This document shows positions 54,686 to 63,835 of a DNA stretch of 64,000 bases, piece after piece. The stretch's first letter is position 1, and each line of letters starts with the position of its first letter. A program made the position numbers and the translations under genes. This DNA is from Schmidtea polychroa (Eukaryota). The stretch is from positions 9,860,001 through 9,924,000 of the forward strand of contig CM097885.1 of the NCBI GenBank assembly GCA_044892525.1, read 5' to 3'. Under the pieces are notes generated by a model. That model searched no databases, had not been told where the DNA came from, and saw only the letters and a program-made list of their open reading frames with translations.

Positions 54686-55297
54686 TTATAAGTAAGAATT
54701 CTTTAACCATTTTTCTCGAGATGTTTTTTTATTACTTATAACATTAGCCACCATGCCCTCCCTTTTTAATCTTATAACCTCATTCTTTATATCTTGTATT
54801 ATTTGATTTGATTTCATTATTTCTTCGTCTGTCAGGATTCCATCTTCCAAAGCTTTTAATTGAAATAAAAATAATTTAGAGATTCCTAATTCTATTGATA
54901 AACAAACTTCTCTATATAAACTTTTCTTTTTAGAAGTATAAGATAATGAAACTATTTCAGTTAAGAAACCATCAGCCACAGAAATACTTCCAAGTATTAC
55001 AGGTGCAAGAGTAACAACTGGTAAAGTTATGGGTAAAATAACTGTTAATATTGCAGATGCAAATCCTAAAGAATAACCTATAACTTTTAAAACTGTATTC
55101 CCTTTATTCCATCTATTTTTAATTTTTTTATAATGCTTTAATAAATCTTGTAAATGTAAGGTTTCTGATTTAAATTCTTTTACTCTCATAATTTCAAGTT
55201 CTGTGGGAGCCGAGGCCTTGGAACCTTTGTGACCTTCGGAATAATATCCTGATGATCTCAATTCTGGGTAAATTTTTTCTTCTCTTACTTCTTCCAT
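54686..55297 (-). CDS. Putative two-TM membrane protein
   Basis: Hydrophobic block VLKVIGYSLGFASAILTVILPITLPVVTLAPVILGSISV flanked by helical charged segments. Confidence 0.7.
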   Translation of the reverse strand: MEEVREEKIYPELRSSGYYSEGHKGSKASAPTELEIMRVKEFKSETLHLQDLLKHYKKIKNRWNKGNTVLKVIGYSLGFASAILTVILPITLPVVTLAPVILGSISVADGFLTEIVSLSYTSKKKSLYREVCLSIELGISKLFLFQLKALEDGILTDEEIMKSNQIIQDIKNEVIRLKREGMVANVISNKKTSREKWLKNSYL

Positions 55298-55305
55298 TTT
55301 AATAA

Positions 55306-56316
55306 TTAAAAAAATAAGACTTTATTCTTCTGAGCACCATCTGGCACCAATACTCGGATATCAAAAGAAACTCTTGTTGAGAGGATATCTTTATACAATT
55401 CTCTCAATGCTTTACGAACTTCATCAACATCAACCTTTTTTTCATAAAATATTAAATCTATATATTGTACAAGTGAACTAGAAAAATGAATATTCTTACT
55501 TTTAACTTTATGTAGTCCATGTGAATGAGTATTAACATACCAATCTCCGTGTGGTAAATCATAACTAGTCATTATAACATCACCCTTTTCAAGCTTACTA
55601 TTATAATCACATTTCACAAACCATTTCATTCTTTCATTATCATCATCAAACAAAAAGAAATAAGGATCAATAATTTTTACAACCATAAAAACACCCCATT
55701 CTTTACTGTTTGTTGTTATTAAACTTGGTTCTATAAAATGTTTATATGTATGGGGTAATAATGTTTTATTCTGTTCTAATTCAGCAGCTCTTTTTCTAAT
55801 ACTATGTGTGGTGTTAATGTGTGTTCCATGAGACTCTAAATTTGAAATTCTTTTATTAAATGATGTAATCATCTCATTTATTATTTTATATATTGTATTA
55901 AATTTAGTATTCATAATTTGTTTATCTTTAGAATTTAATATAGCAGTATTTAACTTTACAACTTGTTCAGTTAACAGACTTTGTAACTTGTCAAATTTAT
56001 CATTAAATCGTTGTTCGATATTATTAAGCTTTGATTCCATTGAATCAATTTTTGTTGTTAATGAACTTTCAATTCTTGTTGTTGTTAAATCAGTATAATT
56101 TTTAACACCATCAACATATTTTTTATTAACTGCATCAGCTTCATCAGTTGGTAAAGATAAATCTTTTATCTTGTGTCCATTTAAATTTAAATCTCCTTTC
56201 ATTGAATCACCTCTTTCATTAATATATTTATTTTCTGTTAAAGTTAATATTTCTTCTGTATTAAACCCTGTTTTTATTGTTCCACCACCTCTATTACAAG
56301 GAATATAAGAACTCAT
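55306..56316 (-). CDS. Putative fibre/spike-like protein
   Basis: GDSMKGDLNLNGHKIKDLSLPTDEADAVNKKYVD neck-like motif, coiled coil, then globular C-terminus. Confidence 0.6.
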   Translation of the reverse strand: MSSYIPCNRGGGTIKTGFNTEEILTLTENKYINERGDSMKGDLNLNGHKIKDLSLPTDEADAVNKKYVDGVKNYTDLTTTRIESSLTTKIDSMESKLNNIEQRFNDKFDKLQSLLTEQVVKLNTAILNSKDKQIMNTKFNTIYKIINEMITSFNKRISNLESHGTHINTTHSIRKRAAELEQNKTLLPHTYKHFIEPSLITTNSKEWGVFMVVKIIDPYFFLFDDDNERMKWFVKCDYNSKLEKGDVIMTSYDLPHGDWYVNTHSHGLHKVKSKNIHFSSSLVQYIDLIFYEKKVDVDEVRKALRELYKDILSTRVSFDIRVLVPDGAQKNKVLFF

Positions 56317-56340
56317 TTATTAATAATTTAAAATGAATCT

Positions 56341-57111
56341 TCAAACCTGTTTCAAATGTAAATACATTGAAATCTCTTCTCCATTAAAATCAATCAATTC
56401 TCCTTCTTGATTAAGAATTTTAAAATTAATATCCATTATATATTTTCTACATAAAGGTAAATAATTTGGAGGATTCATTCTTTCAACTATTTTATATCCC
56501 ATAGGAACTGTGTTTGAGGGAAAGGAATATAAAACATTTGTTTGTTTACCATTATTATAAGAACCTGTTATACAATCGCAATGAATATTTATTGTGTTTG
56601 TATTTATTATTTTTATAATATGTTCTGATGTTATTATTTTATCTTCTTTTATTGTTATATCCATAGGTTTAAATCCTAAAACTGTGTGAAAGAAACAATT
56701 ATCTAAAAAACTAATTTTTATATTCTTCAAAGTCATTACACATTTTGAAGTTGGTATATCCATTTTAATTTTAATACCTTCATTTGTTTTTTTAGAAAGT
56801 ATATCATTTAAATCTTTTATCTCATATGCCCCAGGTTCTATTGTTATAATTTCTGGTTTATGCCCATCACGAGTTTGAATAGTAAATTTATTATTATCTT
56901 TAGTTATATTAAAAATAGTATTATAAGCACAAAACCATAATAGCCCCAATTCATAATTTAAATTTTGATCTAATTTAATTGAATCTTGAAAGTTTATAGT
57001 AAAGTCTGATTCTTTTGAATTTATAGATAAAGTTCTTGAATATTTATCTGACATTATGTTTACCATTTTTTTTAAATTATCTTCCGGAAGGTTGCGAAGC
57101 TCCATTTTCAT
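56341..57111 (-). CDS. Minor capsid protein (penton, single jelly roll)
   Basis: IEPGAYEI, INIHCDCITGSYNNG, GYKIVE..PNYLP, NQEGELIDFNGEEI...LHLK. Confidence 0.85.
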   Translation of the reverse strand: MKMELRNLPEDNLKKMVNIMSDKYSRTLSINSKESDFTINFQDSIKLDQNLNYELGLLWFCAYNTIFNITKDNNKFTIQTRDGHKPEIITIEPGAYEIKDLNDILSKKTNEGIKIKMDIPTSKCVMTLKNIKISFLDNCFFHTVLGFKPMDITIKEDKIITSEHIIKIINTNTINIHCDCITGSYNNGKQTNVLYSFPSNTVPMGYKIVERMNPPNYLPLCRKYIMDINFKILNQEGELIDFNGEEISMYLHLKQV

Positions 57112-57542
57112 AGTATAGATTTTAAATCATTATAAATTTCTTGGATTAAGGAAGTGAAACCTTCTCCTTTGGACTTATTCAATCTATACAAAACATATAA
57201 ACTTATAATACCACATATTTTAGTATTATTAGGTTGAACTTGTAAAGAATTAAAAGTATAGTCCTTCGACAGATAGTCTTCAACTTCTTTAGTAGGTTTA
57301 ATCCCAAAAGAATCAAAGTATATAGATTTATTATATATACAAACCCAATGAGATCCTTTTTCATTTGAATTTTGATAATTTATAATGATATTCTTTGGAG
57401 TGTCTTCTTTCAGACTAGACAATTCATCATTCATTAATATTTTTATTTTTAAATTTAAATAATCTGCATAATCTTTTAAATCAAAATTTGTTTTTGTATT
57501 TATTCCAAATGTTTTTAAAAAATCTAATATTGAAGGAGTCAT
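57108..57542 (-). CDS. Adenain-like cysteine maturation protease
   Basis: GSHWV, YFDSFG, Q-x6-CG catalytic motifs. Confidence 0.92.
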   Translation of the reverse strand: MTPSILDFLKTFGINTKTNFDLKDYADYLNLKIKILMNDELSSLKEDTPKNIIINYQNSNEKGSHWVCIYNKSIYFDSFGIKPTKEVEDYLSKDYTFNSLQVQPNNTKICGIISLYVLYRLNKSKGEGFTSLIQEIYNDLKSIL

Positions 57543-57564
57543 TTTATATTTTATAACTTCGTAT

Positions 57565-58350
57565 TTATAACTTCGTATACTTATTAAATTTATCTTTTGA
57601 AATTATTCCTTGTTTTAATAATTCTTTAGAAATCTTTAAAATATCAGAATCTAAATTATTATGTCCTGCTTTTTTAGCTGCTAATAGTTTTCTTAATTCA
57701 ATAAAAAGATTGATTGGGTTTATCTCCTTACCCTTTCCCTGGCCCTCTCCTTCTGTGACAATATAACCCCTTTCATTTTTATTTAAATATTTCTTTAAAT
57801 CTTGAATATGTTTTGCTTTAGTACTACCATGTACTAATTCTATTAAATTTAAATATTTTTTAATTTCTAGAAGATCAACATTCTCTGAGGGATATCCACA
57901 AACTAATCCATAAAAATCATCTGTAAATTCAAAATCTAGGTGTTTAGTATTATAAACATTTTGTGAATGAATACGTGATTTATTTTCTGAATTTAAATAT
58001 AACAGAAAGTCATGTTTATTAATTGTTATTATTTGATATCCTTCAACATTAATATTAAATGTAGGTTTAATTGTTTTACTTAAACTCACATTAATTTTAG
58101 GATCAAGTATAAGAGGTTTTATATTTAAATCTTCCAACCATGGTAATTCTTTTAAATCTTGTTTATCTTCCAACTCTTTAAATTTTAAAACTTCTAACTC
58201 TTTTATGGCTTTAATTGTTGGTCCTTGTTGTTGTTGGATTACCTCATTTAATATTATAGATTCAGCGTGTTGAGTTGTATCTTTTTTATTATATTTATCT
58301 TGTTCTGATTGTAATTTTTTTAAAAGTGCTAATCTTTCTTCATATACCAT
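57565..58350 (-). CDS. Conserved Polinton protein of unknown function
   Basis: C-terminal ELRKLLAAKKAGHNN...I..EL...GII pattern recalled from Polinton ORFs; GEG/GQG/GKG motifs. Confidence 0.6.
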   Translation of the reverse strand: MVYEERLALLKKLQSEQDKYNKKDTTQHAESIILNEVIQQQQGPTIKAIKELEVLKFKELEDKQDLKELPWLEDLNIKPLILDPKINVSLSKTIKPTFNINVEGYQIITINKHDFLLYLNSENKSRIHSQNVYNTKHLDFEFTDDFYGLVCGYPSENVDLLEIKKYLNLIELVHGSTKAKHIQDLKKYLNKNERGYIVTEGEGQGKGKEINPINLFIELRKLLAAKKAGHNNLDSDILKISKELLKQGIISKDKFNKYTKL

Positions 58351-58372
58351 TTTAATGGTATTAAAAATGGTA

Positions 58373-58888
58373 TCATTTTGGTAAAGGATCCGTTGGAAAG
58401 GGTTTCAAGTATAAACCTTTACCATTTTTAATTTTACAAAGACATCCATTTTTTAAAGATTTACATATTTTTTTTAAATCATCTTTATCTTTTGAAGATA
58501 AAGATTCAGATGTAGAAATTTGATTTTTTAAAAAATCATTTAAACCACGACCTTTATAAGGATCAAGATAAAGACCTTTCCCTCCCTTCATTTTCTCGAT
58601 TTCAGTTTGTAGTTTTTCTTTTTCTAGGTCTGTCTTTTGAGATTCTTTAGCTTTTTGAACTGTAGTTGCAATTCCTCCAGCTATTCCAGCAGCACCTGAT
58701 AGTCCGGCAATGATTGCAGGTATTAAAGCCGCCAGAGGAAGAATCCCTCCTTCCTTTAGTTTTTCTTTAACTTGTTCTTTTACATGTTTTCCAATAAAAT
58801 ATTTTTTACCAGAGATTACTACTGATTTATTTTTATTTGAATTTATTAATTCTTGCAAAGATTCCTCTGTAGGGTTTTGTGTTGTCAT
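58373..58888 (-). CDS. Putative protease-processed core/membrane-active virion protein
   Basis: KEGG/ILPLAALIPAIIAG hydrophobic segment; repeated GKGLYL / GRGL motifs resembling adenain sites. Confidence 0.65.
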   Translation of the reverse strand: MTTQNPTEESLQELINSNKNKSVVISGKKYFIGKHVKEQVKEKLKEGGILPLAALIPAIIAGLSGAAGIAGGIATTVQKAKESQKTDLEKEKLQTEIEKMKGGKGLYLDPYKGRGLNDFLKNQISTSESLSSKDKDDLKKICKSLKNGCLCKIKNGKGLYLKPFPTDPLPK

Positions 58889-58904
58889 TTTATAATAAAT
58901 AAAA

Positions 58905-59684
58905 ATGGATACTTGGAAACCAATTTTAAATAGACATAAATCTAAATTTAATAATAAAGTATTTCCTGATAATTTTAGATGCTTAATTATTGGATCTTCT
59001 GGATGTGGAAAGAATGTTCTTCTTATGAGAATGTTATTAGAAGATGGTTTTTTGGATTATAATAATTTAATCTTTTATTCTACAACCATTAACCAACCGG
59101 AATTACAACTTTTGAAATGTGGATTTGAAAATAAATTAACTAAAAAAGCTATAATTGATATTTTTAAAAATCAACATACATATCCCGAAGAGGTTTTTCA
59201 TCCTTGTGATATGGTTGATTGGTACAAGGAAAAGATTTTAGAATCAGATATTAGTAATAAAAATGATTATATAGGGGATGGAATCCAGATCTTATTCTCT
59301 AATAAACCTGAAGATGTTTTACATTGTGATTTACTTCCTAAAGATAAAAAGAATCTAGTTATATTTGATGATGTTGTTAATATGAAAAATCAAGAGATTC
59401 AAAAGAGTTACTTTACACGAGGTCGACATAATAATTGTAATGTTATTTATATATCTCAAACATATTATGCTTTAGATAAAAACTCTATAAGAAATAATTC
59501 TAATTGTTTTATATTTTTTAAATTAGACAAGCGTGATAAGAATATGATTTATAATGATTTATTTTCAAATGTTGAACCTGATAAGAATATGTTTGATATG
59601 TTTGTTGATAATCATTGGAAAGAAAAATATAATTATATTTATTTGGATAGAGAAGAAGCTGAAATATGGAAAAGTTTGTTTTAG
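58905..59684 (+). CDS. A32/FtsK-like genome packaging ATPase
   Basis: GSSGCGKN, LVIFDD, RGRHNN, ISQ. Confidence 0.92.
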   Translation: MDTWKPILNRHKSKFNNKVFPDNFRCLIIGSSGCGKNVLLMRMLLEDGFLDYNNLIFYSTTINQPELQLLKCGFENKLTKKAIIDIFKNQHTYPEEVFHPCDMVDWYKEKILESDISNKNDYIGDGIQILFSNKPEDVLHCDLLPKDKKNLVIFDDVVNMKNQEIQKSYFTRGRHNNCNVIYISQTYYALDKNSIRNNSNCFIFFKLDKRDKNMIYNDLFSNVEPDKNMFDMFVDNHWKEKYNYIYLDREEAEIWKSLF

Positions 59685-59695
59685 GGCTTGTCGAC

Positions 59696-61105
59696 TTAAA
59701 AATCTGTTTTCTGTAGTTCATTATTATAAAATCTACCTAATATTTTTTCATTATTTAAATCAAAGATGCTATATGTTATTGGAGTTGTATAATGTATTTT
59801 ATTTATAATAAAAATTTCATTTGTCCATTTTGCTGTGAATCCTTTTTCAAATTTATTTTTATATTTAAATATTCTTACTCGGTCACCAATTTTAAACTTT
59901 GGTTTTTCAATAACATCATTTTCAATATTTACCACTTTAATGGTTTCAGGCTTCATGGAAGCATTTAAAGGTGTTAATTTTATAGAACTATGTACATCAT
60001 TATTATATTCATTTACAATCTTTTGTAACAATTCATTGTTCCATTTTTGTTTTCCAATAGCAGTAAAATATTTCCACATTTTATTTTTTAATGTTCTATT
60101 TAATCTTTCAACTACGACTGCTTTTCCTTCGTTTTCTGTTGAATATAATTTAATATCATTTTCATTTAAAAACTTTGTAAAAACTTTGTTATAAAATTCT
60201 GTTCCTTTATCACACCATAAATATTTTGGGATTCTTTGATTTTCTTCAAATATATTTTCAAATGCTTCTGTAATAGAATATCCTGTTTTATTTTCTAAAC
60301 ATCTTGCAAAAGCAAATCTCGTATATAAATCTATTACAGTTAAAATTATTTTATATTTTTCAGGGTCTGATGATTTGGGCATAAAGACTAAATCTGCAGA
60401 CCATGTTTGATCTTTTTCATGTACTTGAACTTTTAAATATTTTTTATTTTTTCTAAATTCATGGTGTAATTCCTTTGCATATTTTATTTCTGATTCTGTT
60501 GGGGTTTGTAAACTAGTCTTGGCTGTACTCTCGAGGGATCTTTCAATCTCTGCTTGTTCGATAATCTTTTTATAAGCAACATCTTTTGCTTTCCTAGGAA
60601 GTCTTGCACCCATGGTGATCGGACTGTGTCCTAAGCCTATGAAAATCTTACCTTTCATTGCTAATTTAACTAGAGCTCTTTGAATCTTTTCTTGGGTTGA
60701 TGGATTTTGGATACTATTTAAATCATGTATTAAATTCACATCTGCAACATGTCTATCTCTAAGATCTTCAGAGTTGTAAGCAATGTCATGTTTTAAAGCT
60801 GCTTGATCAATTCTATTTATTGGTTCTTCTCCTTGTTTAGGATTATTATTTTCATCTAATCTAATATCTAATCTTGTTCCTGGTCCAGTATAATTGTGAC
60901 GGAATAAATGTCTTTCACCTGGATATTTTTCTGTAGTAAAAGGTTTTAATATTGAAGATGTTGTTTTTGAAGATTGCAAATCGCCTCCAGCTCGTGGAAT
61001 TAGGTCACCTACTGTATGTTTTTTAGTTTTAAGATGGCTTGCTTTATGATGTCTTGTAACTTGACAATTACAAGTTTCACATCTCCAATATTTATTTAAA
61101 GACAT
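59696..61105 (-). CDS. Retroviral-like integrase with N-terminal zinc finger and parvovirus-type PLA2 domain
   Basis: WSADL, LWCDKGTEF, VVERLNRTLK; HNYTGPGT...DQAALKHDIAY...AD. Confidence 0.93.
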   Translation of the reverse strand: MSLNKYWRCETCNCQVTRHHKASHLKTKKHTVGDLIPRAGGDLQSSKTTSSILKPFTTEKYPGERHLFRHNYTGPGTRLDIRLDENNNPKQGEEPINRIDQAALKHDIAYNSEDLRDRHVADVNLIHDLNSIQNPSTQEKIQRALVKLAMKGKIFIGLGHSPITMGARLPRKAKDVAYKKIIEQAEIERSLESTAKTSLQTPTESEIKYAKELHHEFRKNKKYLKVQVHEKDQTWSADLVFMPKSSDPEKYKIILTVIDLYTRFAFARCLENKTGYSITEAFENIFEENQRIPKYLWCDKGTEFYNKVFTKFLNENDIKLYSTENEGKAVVVERLNRTLKNKMWKYFTAIGKQKWNNELLQKIVNEYNNDVHSSIKLTPLNASMKPETIKVVNIENDVIEKPKFKIGDRVRIFKYKNKFEKGFTAKWTNEIFIINKIHYTTPITYSIFDLNNEKILGRFYNNELQKTDF

Positions 61106-61134
61106 TTTAAAATGTTAAAATATCAGGGATTATA

Positions 61135-62427
61135 TCAAGAATCTCCCCTAACATTTTCGATTATTGAAATCTTTCCACCATATAATTTCATTTCTATTTT
61201 CTTTTCTTCTAATATTAATGTATATACTTTAGCTTTAAAATTAGAATCCTTTGTTACATGAAGTGTAACATCAACATTATTTATGGCTAGGCGATCATCT
61301 TGGTCTGAAACATTTATACAAAATATAGAATATAAATTTTTGAAATCTTCTAAACTTAATTGCGGTTCAACTTTGAAATCATAACATGTTTCAATATAAT
61401 TTAGATATGGGAATATGTTTTCATTATTTTCAATATTAAATTCCATTCTATTTATTGGATAATAAGAACTATTTAATTGAATTTGTATTGTTTTTAAATT
61501 ATCATCTCCAATCTTTTGAATAAATAGATTGTTATTTTTTTGGAAAGATGAATCTGTTTCTTTGAATCCAATCAAGATATATCTTGGTCGGTATGCTAAA
61601 TTTGCTACCTTTATAGAATATGTTGAACCCTCTGTCATACTAAATTCACTACAGATTCTATTTAAATAATTTACATTTATAGACTTGTTGGAATTTAATC
61701 TTTCAAGGAGTTTAATCTCAGAATGTGGGTTTAATGTCCATTCAGGTATATGTAATTCAAGTGTTGATAATTTTAATTTAGCTTTTGTATCTACAGCTCC
61801 ATAGAACAATCTTTTATCACCTTCTACTCTATTACAGATGAATTCTATAAAAACATTATGAAGTATACGATTATAGTTTTGAAGGAATCCAAACAAGTGT
61901 TTTAATTCAAAATAACCTTCAAATTTTTTAGATTTATAAAGTTCAGCTCTTTTATGGTAACCATGGTTTACATCTAAACCATCTTTATCTAAATCCCCTT
62001 TATTAACATCAGGAATCCAACCTGTTAATTCACCATATTCGTTTTTATAATCACAACCAGTCAAAATAAAATTTAACATTGTAGAATATACTCCCGGATG
62101 CAAAACAGTTTCAATTTCTGATGATCCTAGTTTTAATCTCATGTTGGAGAATAAATTTGGAAAGAAATTATTTTCTAGGGTTATATCTTTGTTTGCTTCA
62201 ATTTCTAATTCGATTTTATAATATAATTTGGCATTACAAATATCTATAGGGTTTGATGTTTGAAGAGATTGAAAAACTATATCACCCCTACGATTTAAGT
62301 TTGCAATAGATCCTGAAGTTGGGGAGATTTTTAAAATATCATTTTTTTTAATTTCATGAGTAAATTCTTTATTATAATCAAGATTTAATTTATTTTTTTC
62401 TTGAATTTTAAGATTTATGTTATTCAT
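61135..62427 (-). CDS. Major capsid protein (double jelly roll)
   Basis: Size and position; NNFFPNLFS, LKHLFGF, RPRYILIGF, QLNSSYYP, LYSIFCINVS patterns. Confidence 0.85.
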   Translation of the reverse strand: MNNINLKIQEKNKLNLDYNKEFTHEIKKNDILKISPTSGSIANLNRRGDIVFQSLQTSNPIDICNAKLYYKIELEIEANKDITLENNFFPNLFSNMRLKLGSSEIETVLHPGVYSTMLNFILTGCDYKNEYGELTGWIPDVNKGDLDKDGLDVNHGYHKRAELYKSKKFEGYFELKHLFGFLQNYNRILHNVFIEFICNRVEGDKRLFYGAVDTKAKLKLSTLELHIPEWTLNPHSEIKLLERLNSNKSINVNYLNRICSEFSMTEGSTYSIKVANLAYRPRYILIGFKETDSSFQKNNNLFIQKIGDDNLKTIQIQLNSSYYPINRMEFNIENNENIFPYLNYIETCYDFKVEPQLSLEDFKNLYSIFCINVSDQDDRLAINNVDVTLHVTKDSNFKAKVYTLILEEKKIEMKLYGGKISIIENVRGDS

Positions 62428-62483
62428 TTTTATATATTAAAATTTACACACACACAATAGGATTAATTAAATATATTATGTAA

Positions 62484-62565
62484 GCCATTATAGCGGAGTG
62501 GGAATAGGCTTCAATTTTATCACCGGGAGTACCGGGTTCAATTTTCAATTTTGGTCAATTTTTTT
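62484..62565 (+). ncRNA. tRNA-like Pol III cassette 1 (most degenerate)
   Basis: A box TAGCGGAGTGG, partial B box GGGTTCAATT, T7 run; internal T4 runs. Confidence 0.4.
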
Positions 62566-62716
62566 CGATATTTTTTTCCAACGGAATCTGATTCAGCGTA
62601 CTGATTTTAGTATATATTTAAATTTTCAGATCGATCTGAGTGGTAGTTGTCGAGAAAATGAATAATTAATTATTAATTTCATCAATAAATAGTCACACAT
62701 TAACAACTTATTTTAT

Positions 62717-62799
62717 ATTGAGTATAGCTTAGTGGTAATAGCACTCGACTGCATTGCCAATACCAATGGGTTCAAATCCCATTTCGGTCAATTTTTTTT
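62717..62799 (+). ncRNA. tRNA-like Pol III cassette 2 (tRNA-Cys-like, anticodon stem broken)
   Basis: TAGCTTAGTGGTAATAGC D arm, CTGCA loop, perfect T arm ATGGG-TTCAAAT-CCCAT, T8 run. Confidence 0.65.
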
Positions 62800-62956
62800 C
62801 AAATTTTTTTTTAAACAAAATATTGATCAGCATACTCGATTTAGTACTTTTACAAATTTTTAAGGTGATTGGTCAACGGCAACTCTTGGAAATTTAAGAT
62901 CAAAAACGTTTTAACTACCAAAAATTAATATATCCAATAAAAAAATATTTATAAAA

Positions 62957-63253
62957 ATGGATGAGTTAAAAGAAAGAATGAGAAATGAATTGAATGAAGT
63001 TAAACATAAGAGAATGAAAAGAAGAGAAGAAGAACCATTAGAATACATCAAAGAGTTGATGGTAGATAATGAAAAGTATCGACATTTTTATATGAAGGCT
63101 GTAGATGTTGCTGATATAAGATTGAAGAAAATGAAACAATTACAGGAAAGAGTTAAAGAACTTGAATCGATTATTTATAGTCTAAAAAATGACAAAAATT
63201 CAAACCTTGATGGCGCAGTGGGAATAGACTGGCACAGTGGTTCAAATGGATAG
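62957..63253 (+). CDS. Small coiled-coil protein
   Basis: AAAAATGG start, charged heptad pattern; 3' end runs into tRNA-like cassette 3. Confidence 0.6.
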   Translation: MDELKERMRNELNEVKHKRMKRREEEPLEYIKELMVDNEKYRHFYMKAVDVADIRLKKMKQLQERVKELESIIYSLKNDKNSNLDGAVGIDWHSGSNG

Positions 63254-63287
63254 TGGTTCAAATCACATCTGAGGTTAGTTTTTTTTT
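63203..63287 (+). ncRNA. tRNA-like Pol III cassette 3
   Basis: A box TGGCGCAGTGG, two GGTTCAAAT, closing stem AACCTTGAT/ATCTGAGGTT, T9 run. Confidence 0.55.
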
Positions 63288-63444
63288 CAACATAAAATAA
63301 TATTAAAAATTTGAAAATAATATTGAAAATAGTGTGGGTATCTTATATTTATAAAGTACTTGTATATTTTATTTTATTTATTTTATTTTATTTTATTTTT
63401 TTATTAATTAATTATTTTTTAAACATAAATATGAAAAAAAAAAT

Positions 63445-63835
63445 ATTGAAACGGGTGATGGTGGCGAACCGGTAATTATCGCCACCTGTCTTTCGAACAC
63501 CCCCGGATCGATCCCGGTAATGTGCACATTTATTTCTCAGTTGTTTTCGGACCTCTTTCGGATTCGCTTTCGAATTCATTTGTACTTTCGAGCAGCACAC
63601 TTAAAACGCCGTTGAAATCGACTTCGTGAGCGAGAAGCGAATAATAAGGCGTGCTGCTATTATCGGATTGATTCTGATGTATGAGTCTGGCCAGCTTGTA
63701 TATTGGAAGAGATTTGATAAACGAAAGAGGTTGATAAATAAAAAAAAAATGATCCGGATCAAAAAAAAACTGTTGAGGGGACAGTGAAAAAAAAAAAAAA
63801 AAAAAAAATACCACTGTCCCCTCAGAGCAGTTTTA
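63445..63835. other. GC-rich multi-hairpin subterminal module (copies at ~6220-6590 and ~7230-7605)
   Basis: Nested complementary segments and repeated CTTTCG/CGAAAG motifs; present three times in the window. Confidence 0.75.

Noticed and set aside
62717..62790. Functional tRNA-Cys(GCA)
   Set aside because: Anticodon stem (CTCGA vs GCCAA) does not pair and the acceptor stem is poor; kept only as tRNA-like
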